DNA of 64,000 nucleotides from Acidobacteriota bacterium (GTDB lineage: Bacteria; Acidobacteriota; Vicinamibacteria; Vicinamibacterales; CAVVIG01): contig JADGOC010000002.1 of NCBI GenBank assembly GCA_017883165.1, forward strand, positions 5,277 through 69,276, written 5' to 3'. Below, one piece after another: positions 20,151 to 30,151 of the stretch. The notes below the pieces were generated by a model. That model worked only from the letters and a program-made list of their open reading frames with translations. It did no database searches and was not told the DNA's origin. The position numbers and the translations under genes were made by a program. Position 1 is the stretch's first letter. Each line of letters opens with the position of its first letter.

Positions 20151-20507
20151 GTGCGGTATGATCCTCCTATGGCGCTCGATGAACGCGATTTCTTCAACAG
20201 CAAGAACGAAACCCGCACCGACAAGCTGACCTGTCCGCGGTGCAAGCGCGAAAACGAGTATCAGATGCGCTGGGTCGTCCGCAGCCGGAAAGACCGGATT
20301 CCGCCAGGCGGCGACGAACGCGACCGCGCGATGTACGCGAAGCTGCGCGACTACATGATTCGCGTGGACGACTCGGTGACCTGCAAGACGTGCGGCAAGA
20401 AGTTCGACATCCCGTCGCAGCACTCGATGGTGTTCATCGAGAAGGGCGCTCCCGTGTCGGGCCCGAGCGTCGGCGGAGGCGACGAGGATTCGCGCTTCAA
20501 TCGATGA
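20151..20507 (+). CDS. small zinc-ribbon protein (CxxC...CxxC), function unknown
   Basis: CPRCKRE...CKTCGKK four-Cys ribbon. Stop overlaps the downstream dehydratase start (ATGA). Start is either GTG 20151 or ATG 20169 (MALDERDFF); the latter lies 6 nt after a TATGAT hexamer. Confidence 0.6.
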   Translation: MRYDPPMALDERDFFNSKNETRTDKLTCPRCKRENEYQMRWVVRSRKDRIPPGGDERDRAMYAKLRDYMIRVDDSVTCKTCGKKFDIPSQHSMVFIEKGAPVSGPSVGGGDEDSRFNR

Positions 20508-21466
20508 ACGAGCTCACCCGGGCGGACTTCGAACGTGCGCGCGCGATCGTCGCGCCCAACATCTATAAGACGCCGCTCCTCACCTCCCGCATCCTCAGCG
20601 AGCGCACCGGCTTCGACGTCCGGCTGAAGGCCGAAATCTTTCAAAAGACCGGCTCGTACAAAATCCGCGGACCGCTCAACAAGTTCACGTATCTGACCGA
20701 CGACCAGAAGCGGCGCGGCGTGATCTGTTCATCGGCCGGCAATCACGCGCAGGGCGTCGCCCTTGCCGCGAAGGTGCACGGCATGCACGCCGTCGTCGTG
20801 ATGGCGGCGAACGCGACGCCGTCGAAGATCGCCGCGACGCGCGGATACGGCGCCGAGGTCGTGCTGCACGGCACGATCTGGGACGAGGCCGACGAAAAGG
20901 CGAAGCAGCTGGTCGCCGAGCGCGGGCTCACCTACATCCATCCCTTCGACGATCCGCAGCTCGTGGCGGGGCAGGGCACGCTCGGCCTCGAGATCTACGA
21001 GGATTGGCCCGACGCGGACGTGGTCGTCGTCCCGATCGGCGGCGGCGGGCTGATTTCCGGAGTGTCGATGGCGCTCAAGGCGATCAACCCGAAAATCACG
21101 ATCATCGGCGTCGAATCGTCCGGCGCGCCGGGCATGAAGAAGAGCGTCGAGGCCGGACACGTCGTAACGCTCGACACGGTCGACTGCATCATCGACGGCC
21201 TGCGGGTGAAACGCGTCGGCGAATACACGCACGCGGTGGTCAGCCGCTTCGTCGACGACATCGTGACGCTGCCGGACGCCGCGATGTTCGACGCGGTGGT
21301 GTGGGTGATGGCGCACTGCAAGCTCGTGGTGGAAGGCGCGGCGGCGGCGCCGGTCGCGGCGCTGCTGCACGGGAAAATCCAGGCGCCGGCCGGTTCGAAG
21401 GTCGTGTGCGTGTTGAGCGGCGGGAACGTGAATCTCGATCAGCTCAAAGGGCTGCGGTGGAACTAG
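20504..21466 (+). CDS. threonine/serine dehydratase (PLP fold type II; threonine ammonia-lyase-like, no ACT domain)
   Basis: PLP-lysine motif FQKTGSYKIRG, SSAGNHAQGVALAA and glycine loop PIGGGGLISG. About 320 aa, the catabolic/short form. Confidence 0.9.
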   Translation: MNELTRADFERARAIVAPNIYKTPLLTSRILSERTGFDVRLKAEIFQKTGSYKIRGPLNKFTYLTDDQKRRGVICSSAGNHAQGVALAAKVHGMHAVVVMAANATPSKIAATRGYGAEVVLHGTIWDEADEKAKQLVAERGLTYIHPFDDPQLVAGQGTLGLEIYEDWPDADVVVVPIGGGGLISGVSMALKAINPKITIIGVESSGAPGMKKSVEAGHVVTLDTVDCIIDGLRVKRVGEYTHAVVSRFVDDIVTLPDAAMFDAVVWVMAHCKLVVEGAAAAPVAALLHGKIQAPAGSKVVCVLSGGNVNLDQLKGLRWN

Positions 21467-21491
21467 GAATTTCGAATTAGGAAGTTCCCGT

Positions 21492-22184
21492 TCAATAAAC
21501 GAAAGGGATGATGCGCCATCTGACGGCTCGCGCGTACGCGGCGTACTCCTCCCCGACGCTCCGCCTCAACGATTGCTCCTCCCAGGGCACCGCGAGAATC
21601 AAGTAGATCGACGAAATGACCGCGAATGCGAGGCGGTCGCCGGTCATATGAGCGGCGCCGAACACCGCCAGCATCCAGCCGAGGTACAGCGGGTGGCGCA
21701 CCCACCGATACGGGCCTGCGATTTGCAGTGTGGTGCTGGGGCGGACAACCGGGTCGCGGATTCCTGCCAGCTCCAATGGATCGATCGCGCGTACCGACAG
21801 CGCGATGAGCCACAAGCCGGCGAGCTGCACGGCCGCGTGGACAAGCGCCCGCCAGCCGGTCGCGCGGTAGATCTCGCCGCCAACCGGCCGCCATATCGCG
21901 CAGACGAGGATGAGCAGCGCGCTCGCGATCCAGACATACACCGATCGCAGCAGAGGCTCGGGAATGCTGCGCGCCAGGCGCGTCTTGACGACCTCGCGCG
22001 CCAACACACTGTGATGCATAGCGAACACGCTGAAGAGCGCCGCGTCGGCGGCCACCGCCAGCCAGCCGTCGAGATATCCGCGGCCGAACGGCGTCGACCA
22101 CGTGACGAGGTACGACCAGCCGCAGAAGGCGAGCGAGCCGACGAACGTCGCGCCGCCGAGCCACACGAACAGTCGCGCTTTCAT
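21492..22184 (-). CDS. membrane methyltransferase family protein (ICMT/PEMT/NnrU-like)
   Basis: Five to six TM segments and C-terminal RHPLYLGWMLAVFG...PWEEQSLRRSVGEEY, typical of isoprenylcysteine carboxyl / phospholipid methyltransferase folds. Divergent from the KAS gene, 19 nt apart. Confidence 0.75.
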   Translation of the reverse strand: MKARLFVWLGGATFVGSLAFCGWSYLVTWSTPFGRGYLDGWLAVAADAALFSVFAMHHSVLAREVVKTRLARSIPEPLLRSVYVWIASALLILVCAIWRPVGGEIYRATGWRALVHAAVQLAGLWLIALSVRAIDPLELAGIRDPVVRPSTTLQIAGPYRWVRHPLYLGWMLAVFGAAHMTGDRLAFAVISSIYLILAVPWEEQSLRRSVGEEYAAYARAVRWRIIPFVY

Positions 22185-22203
22185 TTCCGACTACTATAAC
22201 CAT

Positions 22204-23484
22204 ATGCACCACTCGGGCGAGCCCCGGATCGTCATCAGCGGCATCGGCGTCGTCTCGCCCTTCGGCGTCGGACGCGAGCGATTCTGGCAAGCGGTGAGCC
22301 ACGGTTGCAGCGGCACACGCGCCATCACCGATTTCGACGCGTCCGATTTCGCCTGCCGCGTCGCCGCGCCGGTCGCCGGCGTGACGATCGACGATGTGCC
22401 GCCGATCGAGGGAGACGATATCTGGGATCCCGGCTATCGCGCCGATCCGAAACGATATTCGAGGGCGGCGTTGATCGCCGTGATCGCCGCGCGCGAAGCG
22501 TGGCACGACGCGCATCTGCGCATCGGCGAGCCGGGCGCGGGCGTCATCATCGGCAGCGGCGGCGGCGGCATCGACGTCGGCGAGCGGCAGTACTACGATT
22601 TCTTCGTCGAACGCGGGAAGAAGGTGACGCCTTACGCGATCCCGATTTCGATCGTGGGCATGATGTCGAGCGAGGTCTCGATTTCGCTGCGGCTCCGTGG
22701 CGTCAGCCACGTGCTCTCGTGCGGCTGCACGAGCTCGACCGATGCGATTGGATACGCGACGGCGCTACTGCGATCGGGCGACGCGGACGTCGTGCTGTCG
22801 GGCGGCGCCGACGCCTGCGTCACGCCGGGCATGATGTTCGGCTTCTCGCGCATGCACGTCGTCTCGACGGCCTACAACGACACGCCGGCCCAGGCGTCGC
22901 GCCCCTTTGATCGGACGCGCGACGGGTTCGTGCTCGGCGAGGGCGCCTGGATGGTGGTGCTCGAACGGGAAGACCGCGCGCGGGCGCGCGGCGCGACGAT
23001 CTACGCGTCGATCGACGGCTACGGATCGACCTGCGATGCGTACCATCGCGTGCAGATGGCGCCGGACGGGGGGGAGATCGTCCGCGCCATCACGCTCGCC
23101 CTCGAACGGTCGGGCCGGGCGCGCGAGCAGATCGGCTACGTGAACTACCACGGCACGTCCACGATTCTCAATGACGCAGTCGAGGCGCGGTGCGTGCGGC
23201 AGGTGTTCGGCGATCGCGCCGACGATCTGCCGGGGTCATCGGTCAAGTCGATGATCGGCCATCCGCAGGGCGCGAGCGGCGCGGCCGGCGTCGTGACGGC
23301 GGCGCTCGCGATGTCGCGCGGCTTTCTGCCGCCGACCATCAACCAGAACGATCGTGATCCGGCGTGCGATCTCGACTTCGTCGCCAACCACGGGCGCCCG
23401 GCCGAGGTCGAAGCCGCGCTGTGCAACTGCCTGGGGTTCGGATCGAAGAACAGTGCACTGGTCATCGGCCGCGCCGACGATTAA
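22204..23484 (+). CDS. beta-ketoacyl synthase, FabF/KAS II-like (Cys-His-His)
   Basis: [15 protein letters not shown]-terminus, active-site Cys in [16 protein letters not shown], His motifs [13 protein letters not shown] and [13 protein letters not shown]-terminal [16 protein letters not shown] 22204. Confidence 0.9.
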   Translation: MHHSGEPRIVISGIGVVSPFGVGRERFWQAVSHGCSGTRAITDFDASDFACRVAAPVAGVTIDDVPPIEGDDIWDPGYRADPKRYSRAALIAVIAAREAWHDAHLRIGEPGAGVIIGSGGGGIDVGERQYYDFFVERGKKVTPYAIPISIVGMMSSEVSISLRLRGVSHVLSCGCTSSTDAIGYATALLRSGDADVVLSGGADACVTPGMMFGFSRMHVVSTAYNDTPAQASRPFDRTRDGFVLGEGAWMVVLEREDRARARGATIYASIDGYGSTCDAYHRVQMAPDGGEIVRAITLALERSGRAREQIGYVNYHGTSTILNDAVEARCVRQVFGDRADDLPGSSVKSMIGHPQGASGAAGVVTAALAMSRGFLPPTINQNDRDPACDLDFVANHGRPAEVEAALCNCLGFGSKNSALVIGRADD

Positions 23485-23605
23485 CGCAACAACGATCAAC
23501 GCAGAGCAGGCAGAGAATTGCATCCTAAAGGAACACTCCGCGGTTTCTGCGAGTTCTGCGTGCCAACGTTGTGTGAGAGCGACCGGGGGTGGGGCCCACG
23601 AGAAA

Positions 23606-24784
23606 GTGAAGAATGCTGACGTCGTGGTTGTCGGCGCAGGGCCGGCCGGCGCCGTGGCCGCCACCGTGCTCGCTCGCGCCGGCGCGCGCGTCCGTCTGAT
23701 CGATCGCGCCGCGTTCCCCAGGGACAAATTGTGCGGCGATACGCTCAATCCTGGCGCGCTCGCGCTGCTGCGACGCCTCGGCCTCTCGGCGTCGATCGAA
23801 GAGCGCGGGCTGCCGGTGCACGGCATGCGCGTCACCGGCGAGCACGGCGTCGTCATCGAGGGACGGTATCCAGGCGACCTGTGCGGGCGCGCGCTCGTGC
23901 GGCGCGACGTCGATTGGGCGCTCCTCGCTGGCGCGATGGCGGCCGGCGCCGCGTTCGAGCCGTCGGTGGCGGTCAGGCGCGCGATCGTCGACGAGCGCGC
24001 GGGCGGCCCCGTGATTCGCGGGGTCGTCGCCGGGGCGGAACGGTCGGAGCGCGACCTCCACGCGCCGGTCACGATTGCGGCCGACGGCCGTCATTCGACG
24101 CTGGCGTTCGCGCTCGGCCTCGCGCGGCATCCCCGTTGGCCGCGGCGGTGGGCGGTCGGCGCCTATTTTGAAAATGTCGGCGACAATGCCGCCGGCCTGT
24201 CGACGTTCGGTGAGATGCACGTGCGCCGCGGACGGTACATCGGCGTGGCGCCGGTGCCCGGTCCGCTGACCAACGTCTGCCTCGTGAAACCCTCCGCGCC
24301 CGGCGATCCGTCTCTGCACGATCCGGCGGCCGCGCTTCGCCAGGAGCTGGCGCGCGACCCCATGCTGCGCGATCGGTTCGCCCACGCGCGGCTCGTGCAT
24401 CCGCCGGTCGTGATCGGTCCGCTCGCCGTCGACGCGTGCGGCACCGGCATCGACGGTCTGCTGCTCGCGGGCGATGCGTCCGGATTCATCGACCCGATGA
24501 CGGGCGACGGCATGCGCTTCGCGATCCGCGGCGGAGAGCTCGCCGCCGTCGCGGCGCTCGAAGCGCTCGAGCACGGCTGGGCGGGCGTGCACGATCGGCT
24601 GGCCGCGAGACGGCAACGGGAGTTCGGCGCGAAATGGCGGTTCAACCGCGCGCTGCGCGCGCTCGTCGCGTCGCCGCTGGCGGTCGCCGCCGCCGCGCTT
24701 GGCGCTCGCGTGGCGCCGGGCGTCCTGCAGGCGGTCATCAACAACGCCGGCGACTGCGATGTGTCCGCCACATGCCGGGCTTGA
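23606..24784 (+). CDS. FAD-dependent oxidoreductase, geranylgeranyl reductase family-like
   Basis: GTG start giving VKNADVVVVGAGPAGAVAATVLARAG (dinucleotide fold), then FPRDKLCGDTLNPG and a GDASGFIDPMTGDGM FAD motif. Confidence 0.85.
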   Translation: MKNADVVVVGAGPAGAVAATVLARAGARVRLIDRAAFPRDKLCGDTLNPGALALLRRLGLSASIEERGLPVHGMRVTGEHGVVIEGRYPGDLCGRALVRRDVDWALLAGAMAAGAAFEPSVAVRRAIVDERAGGPVIRGVVAGAERSERDLHAPVTIAADGRHSTLAFALGLARHPRWPRRWAVGAYFENVGDNAAGLSTFGEMHVRRGRYIGVAPVPGPLTNVCLVKPSAPGDPSLHDPAAALRQELARDPMLRDRFAHARLVHPPVVIGPLAVDACGTGIDGLLLAGDASGFIDPMTGDGMRFAIRGGELAAVAALEALEHGWAGVHDRLAARRQREFGAKWRFNRALRALVASPLAVAAAALGARVAPGVLQAVINNAGDCDVSATCRA

Positions 24785-25326
24785 TCCCCGTTCTCATCGC
24801 CGCGATCGTGTTTCTGCCCATGCTGGTCGAAGCCAGACGGGCGGCGGCCAACGAACGCGCCCAGCGCGCGCGCGGCGGGATCGAGCCCGCGGGCGACGTG
24901 TACACGATGATGCAGGTGGCGTATCCCGGCGCCTTTCTCGCGATGATTGCCGAGGGCGTCCTGCGGGGCGGACCCTCGACGGCATGTCTGATGACCGGCC
25001 TCGCGCTGTTCGCCGCGGCCAAGATGCTGAAGTGGTGGGCGATCCTCACGCTCGGCCCCTTCTGGACCTTTCGGGTCATCGTCGTACCCGGCGCTCGCCT
25101 GGTGTCGACCGGTCCCTACGCGTATCTGCCGCACCCCAATTACGTGGCGGTCGCTGGCGAACTGCTCGCCGTCGCGTTGATGACCGGCACCGTGATCGCC
25201 GGACCGATTGGCGCAATCGGCTTCGGGATCCTCATGTGGAAGCGGATTGGCTTCGAGGCTCGCGCGCTGCGATCGGCCCAACAGCATCCACAGGGGCCGC
25301 TCGGTGCTATACTCCCGCGAAATTGA
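24772..25326 (+). CDS. isoprenylcysteine carboxyl methyltransferase (ICMT) family protein
   Basis: 184-aa membrane protein with LVSTGPYAYLPHPNYVAVAGELLAV, the ICMT-family signature. Overlaps the flavoprotein stop by 13 nt. Confidence 0.8.
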   Translation: MPGLIPVLIAAIVFLPMLVEARRAAANERAQRARGGIEPAGDVYTMMQVAYPGAFLAMIAEGVLRGGPSTACLMTGLALFAAAKMLKWWAILTLGPFWTFRVIVVPGARLVSTGPYAYLPHPNYVAVAGELLAVALMTGTVIAGPIGAIGFGILMWKRIGFEARALRSAQQHPQGPLGAILPRN

Positions 25327-26792
25327 GTCCGCCTGTCCTTCCGCGCTGGGCCCGCGCGGCCGACTACCTTGCCCTCCTCCTCGTTGTCATCGCGCTGATC
25401 ATCGCTGCGTCCGGAGGCGTCCGGATCAAATACGGCGATTGGCACTTCATCATGACCTCGCCCTATCGCCTCCTCGCGTGGGCGGCAGCGATGGCGCTGG
25501 TGCGATCTGTCTTCGCGCGCCAGCAACCGATCTACCGGCATCTGCCGTCGGCCATCTCGCGGTCGGTGCGCGCCACGCCGTTTCGCGCGGCGGCCGCAAC
25601 CTGGATCGGCACGCGTCCGGCCATTTTCCTTGTCGGATACCTGGCCATCGTCGTCATCGGCTATGCGCCCAAGGCGCCGCCGTACCGCGATTTCGACAAC
25701 GAGCTGCTGAATCTTCCGCTGCGATGGGACACCGGCTGGTACCTGCAGATCGCTGATCCCAACCACGGCTACGTGTACGAGCGGCGCGCGGGCGCCGAGT
25801 ATCAGCAGAACATCGTGTTCTTTCCGGCGTTTCCGATTGCGGTGCGCGTGGTCGCGCTGCTGCTCGGCGGCCACAAGGGCGCGTATCTGCTGGCGGGCAC
25901 GCTCGTGACGCTGGCTGCGTTTCTCGGTGCGCTCGTGTATCTCTTCATGCTGGCGCGCGACGAGTTGAGCGACGACCAGGCGCACACCGCCCTGTGGATG
26001 CTGGCCGCGTATCCGTTCGCCTTCTTTTACGGCGCCATCTACACCGAGTCGTTCTTCCTGCTCGGGACCACCGCGGCGTTCTACCATTCGCGGCGCCGCG
26101 AGTGGGTTCGCGCCGGCGCGTGGGGACTGCTCGTGGGGCTCACCCGGCCGAACGGCTTCCTCTTGAGCGTGCCGCTCGCCGTGCTCGTGATCTCGCCCTG
26201 GCTGCCGGCGGCTCTCGTCCGCGCGCGTCGTGCCGATCGTTCGGACGAGGCGGGGAGCGGCCCGCGCCGCGCGGACCGCCGAAGTCCGGCCGCGCTTGTG
26301 CCGTCACTTGCGGCGGCCGCCATGCCCGGCGTCGGCATGCTGATCTACTCCGCGTTCATCTGGTCGCTCACCGGCCACCCGCTCGCGTGGATGGCGGGTC
26401 ATGCCGCGTGGGGACGTCATTATTCAGGCCTGACGGCGCTCGTGACCGATCGCTATAACTACATCGCGAGCGCGGGCGTGTACGGCTACGTGTCACAACT
26501 GCCGCTCGATTTGCTGAACGCGATTGGCGTCGTCTTCGTCCTGGCCACCGCGTGGCCGGTGGCGCGCCGCCTTGGACTGGCGTACGCGGTGTTCATCTTG
26601 ATTAACATTCTGCCGCCGCTTGCGGAAGGCGGCATGCTGTCCGCGGGACGCTTTTCGTGTGTGCTGTTTCCCTCCTTTATCTGGCTGGCCGGCGCGGTAC
26701 CGGTCCGTCATCGCGCCGGGTGGATCGCATCGTTCGCGGCGAATCAGGCGCTGAACGCCTCGCTCTTTTACACGTGGCGACAACTGTTCTAG
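25323..26792 (+). CDS. polytopic GT-C-type glycosyltransferase-like membrane protein (PIG-V/mannosyltransferase-like)
   Basis: More than 10 TM segments. LRWDTGWYLQIA...NIVFFPAFP...YTESFFLL...GLTRPNG blocks resemble PIG-V/PMT_2-type GT-C enzymes. TTG 25323 overlaps the ICMT stop; start uncertain. Confidence 0.65.
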   Translation: MSPPVLPRWARAADYLALLLVVIALIIAASGGVRIKYGDWHFIMTSPYRLLAWAAAMALVRSVFARQQPIYRHLPSAISRSVRATPFRAAAATWIGTRPAIFLVGYLAIVVIGYAPKAPPYRDFDNELLNLPLRWDTGWYLQIADPNHGYVYERRAGAEYQQNIVFFPAFPIAVRVVALLLGGHKGAYLLAGTLVTLAAFLGALVYLFMLARDELSDDQAHTALWMLAAYPFAFFYGAIYTESFFLLGTTAAFYHSRRREWVRAGAWGLLVGLTRPNGFLLSVPLAVLVISPWLPAALVRARRADRSDEAGSGPRRADRRSPAALVPSLAAAAMPGVGMLIYSAFIWSLTGHPLAWMAGHAAWGRHYSGLTALVTDRYNYIASAGVYGYVSQLPLDLLNAIGVVFVLATAWPVARRLGLAYAVFILINILPPLAEGGMLSAGRFSCVLFPSFIWLAGAVPVRHRAGWIASFAANQALNASLFYTWRQLF

Positions 26793-26863
26793 CCGAACGC
26801 GACCCATCCCGCCGCCCGAACGTCTCAACAGAGAGAACGCGTCAGATATAATACGAGCGCGCG

Positions 26864-29422
26864 ATGAATGCTGCGGACCGACCGGTGCGTCTGTGGTCTG
26901 GCTTCCCGCCATCGCGCCGCTTCTCTGTGTCGGCCCTCGCGGCCGTTCTTCTGTTCACGGTGCCCGGCGCCGCGCAAGCGCCCCGTCGGCCGCCGCAGTC
27001 GCTCCAGCCGCTCCAACTCGCCGCCCGCGCGCTCCTTGAGGGGCGGTACGACGAAGTCGATCAGCTCACCGACACGCTCGATGCGCGCGATCCGGCGATC
27101 GCGACGCTCAAGGGGCGCGCCGCGATCGCGCGCGGCCGCTACGATCAGGCGGACGCGGTCCTTCGTCCAGCGGCCTCGCGCGCGCCCTCGAGCGCCGCAG
27201 CGCTCGAGCTCGGCCTCCTGCAGCAGATGCTCGGTCGCCCCGACGCGTCGGCGACGCTCGGCAAGGTGGCCGCTCTGGGCGACACGGCGACCGACGCCGC
27301 GGATCTGGCGCGCGCGGCGCGTGCCCTGCGCGCGCTCGGACGGTTTCAGGAAGCCAACGCGGCGTATCGGGACGCGGCGGCGGCCGCGCCCGGCGACCCG
27401 GCGATCAACACGGGGTGGGGCGAGCTCTTCCTCGAGAAGTACAACAGGAAGGAGGCGGCCAAGTCGTTCCAGGACGCGCTTCAGTCCGATCAGAAGTACG
27501 TGCCGGCGGCGCTCGGCCTCGCCGAGGCGCTCGCCGACGACAACCCGCCGCAGGCGATGTCGATCGCGCGTCACGTGCTCGAGATCAATCCCTCGTCTGT
27601 GCCGGCCTTCATCTTCATCGCCCGTCAGGCCGTGGACGAAGGGCATCACGACGAAGCGCGTCAATCGCTCGAGAAAGCGCTGGCGGTGAACCCGTCGAGC
27701 CTCGAGGCGCACGCCTGGCTCGCGGCGCTCGCCTACATCGAGGACAGGAATGAGGCCTTCGAGGCGGAGGCGGCGAAGGCGCTCGCCATCGCGCCCGGCT
27801 ACGCGGAGGTGTACCGCATCACGGGCGAGCTGGCGGCGCACAACTACCGGTTCGACGAGGCGGTCGCGCTCACGCGCAAGGCGCTGACGCTCTCGCCCAA
27901 GGACCCGCACGCGCTGTCGGATCTCGGCATGCACCTGATGCGCACGGGCGACGAAACGGCCGCGCGCACCGCGCTCGACGAAGCGTTCAAGATCGATCCG
28001 TACGATGTCGTCACCTTCAACCTGCTCGGGCTGCTCGACACGCTCGATAAGTTCACGACGGTCCGCGACGGCGACATCATCCTGCGCATGGACAAGGGCG
28101 AAGCGCCCGTTCTGCAGGAGTACGCGCTCGCGCTCGCGCATCAGGCGTTGACGACCCTGGCCGCACGCTACGAGTTCACGCCGCGCGGGCCGATTCTCAT
28201 CGAGATCTTTCCGAAGCACGACGATTTCGCAGTGCGCACCGCGGGGCTGCCCGGCATGATCGGCGCGCTCGGCGCGTGCTTCGGCCGGGTCGTCACGATC
28301 GACTCGCCCCGCGCACGGCCGGGGGAGTTCCAGTGGGAAGCCACGCTCTGGCACGAGCTCGCGCACGTCATCACACTCCAGATGTCCAATCAGCGCGTGC
28401 CGCGATGGCTGACCGAAGGGATCTCGGTGTACGAGGAGAAGCGCGCGCGTCCGGAATGGGCGCGGCAGATGGACGTGGAGTTCGCCGAGGTTCTCGAACG
28501 CGGGGAGGCCGTGAAGCTGCGCGAGCTGAATGCCGCGTTCACCGATCCCCGGAGGATCTCGCTCGCCTATTACCAGGCGTCGCAGCTCGTCGAGTATCTC
28601 GTGACGGCCTACGGTGACGCCGGGTTGCGCAAGCTCGTGCGTTCCTACGCGCTCGGGCTCGACACCGACGCGGCGCTCAACTCGGCGCTCAACACGGATT
28701 TCGATCGGCTGCAGGTCGGTTTCGACCAGTCGGTCGATCGGACGTTTGGCCCCATGCGCCGCGCGCTCGCGGGCCCCGACGAGGAGTCGCTCGCCGCGTT
28801 GACGTTGCCCGCCCTGCGCGCCCAGGCGGCCGAACACGCGCGGAGCTATCCGGTCCAGATGGCGCTGGGGCGTGCGCTCGTCAAGAGCGGCGAGGTGGAC
28901 GAGGGGATGCAGGCGTTCGAGCGTGCGGCCGCCCTCATGCCGATGGCGCGCGGACACGGCAGCCCTCATCAGGAGATGGCCGCCCTCGCGCTGCAGAAGA
29001 AGGATCGTGCGCGCGCGATCGCGGAGCTGCAGGCGCTCGTCAGTGTGGACTTCGACAACATCGAGGCCGCCCGCCAGCTCGCGTCGTTGATGCAGGAAGC
29101 GGGCATCACCGATCCGGCCAGGGTCGGCCACGTCTACGCGCGCATCGTGGCCGTCGATCCGTTCGACGGCGCCGCGCACCGCGTCATCGGCCGGATCGCC
29201 ATGGAGCGAAACGAGCCGGATGTCGCGGCGCGCGAGTTTCGCGCCGTGCTGGCGCTCGGCCCAGTCGATCTGGCGGCCTCGTACACGGATCTCGCCGAGA
29301 GCTACTTCAAGAGCGGCAAGCGCGCCGACGCGAAGAAACAGACGCTGGCCGCGCTCGAGATCGCGCCGACCTACGCCCGCGCGCAGGATCTGCTGCTGAA
29401 GCTGACCGGAGGGCAGCCGTGA
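26864..29422 (+). CDS. secreted TPR-repeat protein with peptidase MA (HExxH) domain
   Basis: Signal peptide (ALAAVLLFTVPGAAQA), multiple TPR-like repeats on both flanks and a central zincin motif WHELAHVITLQ...WLTEGISVYEE. Confidence 0.8.
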   Translation: MNAADRPVRLWSGFPPSRRFSVSALAAVLLFTVPGAAQAPRRPPQSLQPLQLAARALLEGRYDEVDQLTDTLDARDPAIATLKGRAAIARGRYDQADAVLRPAASRAPSSAAALELGLLQQMLGRPDASATLGKVAALGDTATDAADLARAARALRALGRFQEANAAYRDAAAAAPGDPAINTGWGELFLEKYNRKEAAKSFQDALQSDQKYVPAALGLAEALADDNPPQAMSIARHVLEINPSSVPAFIFIARQAVDEGHHDEARQSLEKALAVNPSSLEAHAWLAALAYIEDRNEAFEAEAAKALAIAPGYAEVYRITGELAAHNYRFDEAVALTRKALTLSPKDPHALSDLGMHLMRTGDETAARTALDEAFKIDPYDVVTFNLLGLLDTLDKFTTVRDGDIILRMDKGEAPVLQEYALALAHQALTTLAARYEFTPRGPILIEIFPKHDDFAVRTAGLPGMIGALGACFGRVVTIDSPRARPGEFQWEATLWHELAHVITLQMSNQRVPRWLTEGISVYEEKRARPEWARQMDVEFAEVLERGEAVKLRELNAAFTDPRRISLAYYQASQLVEYLVTAYGDAGLRKLVRSYALGLDTDAALNSALNTDFDRLQVGFDQSVDRTFGPMRRALAGPDEESLAALTLPALRAQAAEHARSYPVQMALGRALVKSGEVDEGMQAFERAAALMPMARGHGSPHQEMAALALQKKDRARAIAELQALVSVDFDNIEAARQLASLMQEAGITDPARVGHVYARIVAVDPFDGAAHRVIGRIAMERNEPDVAAREFRAVLALGPVDLAASYTDLAESYFKSGKRADAKKQTLAALEIAPTYARAQDLLLKLTGGQP

Positions 29423-29473
29423 GGGCCGCGGCGGGCCTGGCGTCTCGCGGCGCTGGCGCTCCTCGTGTTCACG

Positions 29474-30142
29474 CTAATAGGCGGAATCGTCCCAGGCGGC
29501 GGCCTGCCGCCGCCTCAAGACGAAGACGGCGATGATCCCGGTGACAAAGCCGGCGACGTGCGCCATGAACGCGACGCCGCCGCCGCCCGCAGCGTTCGCG
29601 GTCACGGCGATCGCCCCGGCGCTGACCAGCTGCATCAGGAACCAGAAGCCGAGCAGCAGGATCGCGGGCACCTCGATGATTTCCCAGAAGAAGATGACGG
29701 TGACGAGCGTCAGCACCCGCGAGTGCGGATAGAGCACGAAGTACGCGCCCATCACGCCCGCGATGGCGCCGCTCGCGCCGATGGTCGGCAGCGCAGCGGT
29801 CGGATCCATCGCGATCTGCCCGAAGGCGGCGACCATGCCGCACAAGAGATAGAACACGATGAAGCGGCCGTGGCCGAGGCGATCCTCGACGTTGTCGCCG
29901 AAGATCCACAGGTACCACATGTTGCCGATCACGTGCATCCAGCTGCCGTGGAGAAACATCGACGTGACGAGCGTGACGGGCCGGAAATCGGCGGGGACGA
30001 CGCCGTAGAAGGTGAGGAAGAGCTGCCGCACATCATCGCGCAGGCTCAGCTCGAAGAACCACGCGATCGCGTTGAGCACGATGATCGTGACGGTGATGTA
30101 GGGCGTGGTTCGGGACGGGATGACGTCCCGAAGCGGAATCAT
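29474..30142 (-). CDS. rhomboid family intramembrane serine protease
   Basis: FLHGSWMHVIGNMWYLWIFG, catalytic GASGAIAGVMGAY and downstream His (VAFMAHVAGF). Six TM segments. Confidence 0.9.
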   Translation of the reverse strand: MIPLRDVIPSRTTPYITVTIIVLNAIAWFFELSLRDDVRQLFLTFYGVVPADFRPVTLVTSMFLHGSWMHVIGNMWYLWIFGDNVEDRLGHGRFIVFYLLCGMVAAFGQIAMDPTAALPTIGASGAIAGVMGAYFVLYPHSRVLTLVTVIFFWEIIEVPAILLLGFWFLMQLVSAGAIAVTANAAGGGGVAFMAHVAGFVTGIIAVFVLRRRQAAAWDDSAY

Positions 30143-30151
30143 GCCGCCATT

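Noticed and set aside
21461-21491. AT-rich GGAATTTCGAATTAGGAAGTTCC imperfect palindrome between convergent genes as a bidirectional terminator.
   Set aside because: The stem is short and interrupted, with no flanking T/A runs on both sides. It cannot be distinguished from chance.
26825-29179. 784-aa antisense ORF opposite the TPR/MA-peptidase gene.
   Set aside because: Composition is dominated by R/E/L/G with no recognisable motifs. The sense strand carries clear TPR repeats and an HExxH...E zincin motif.
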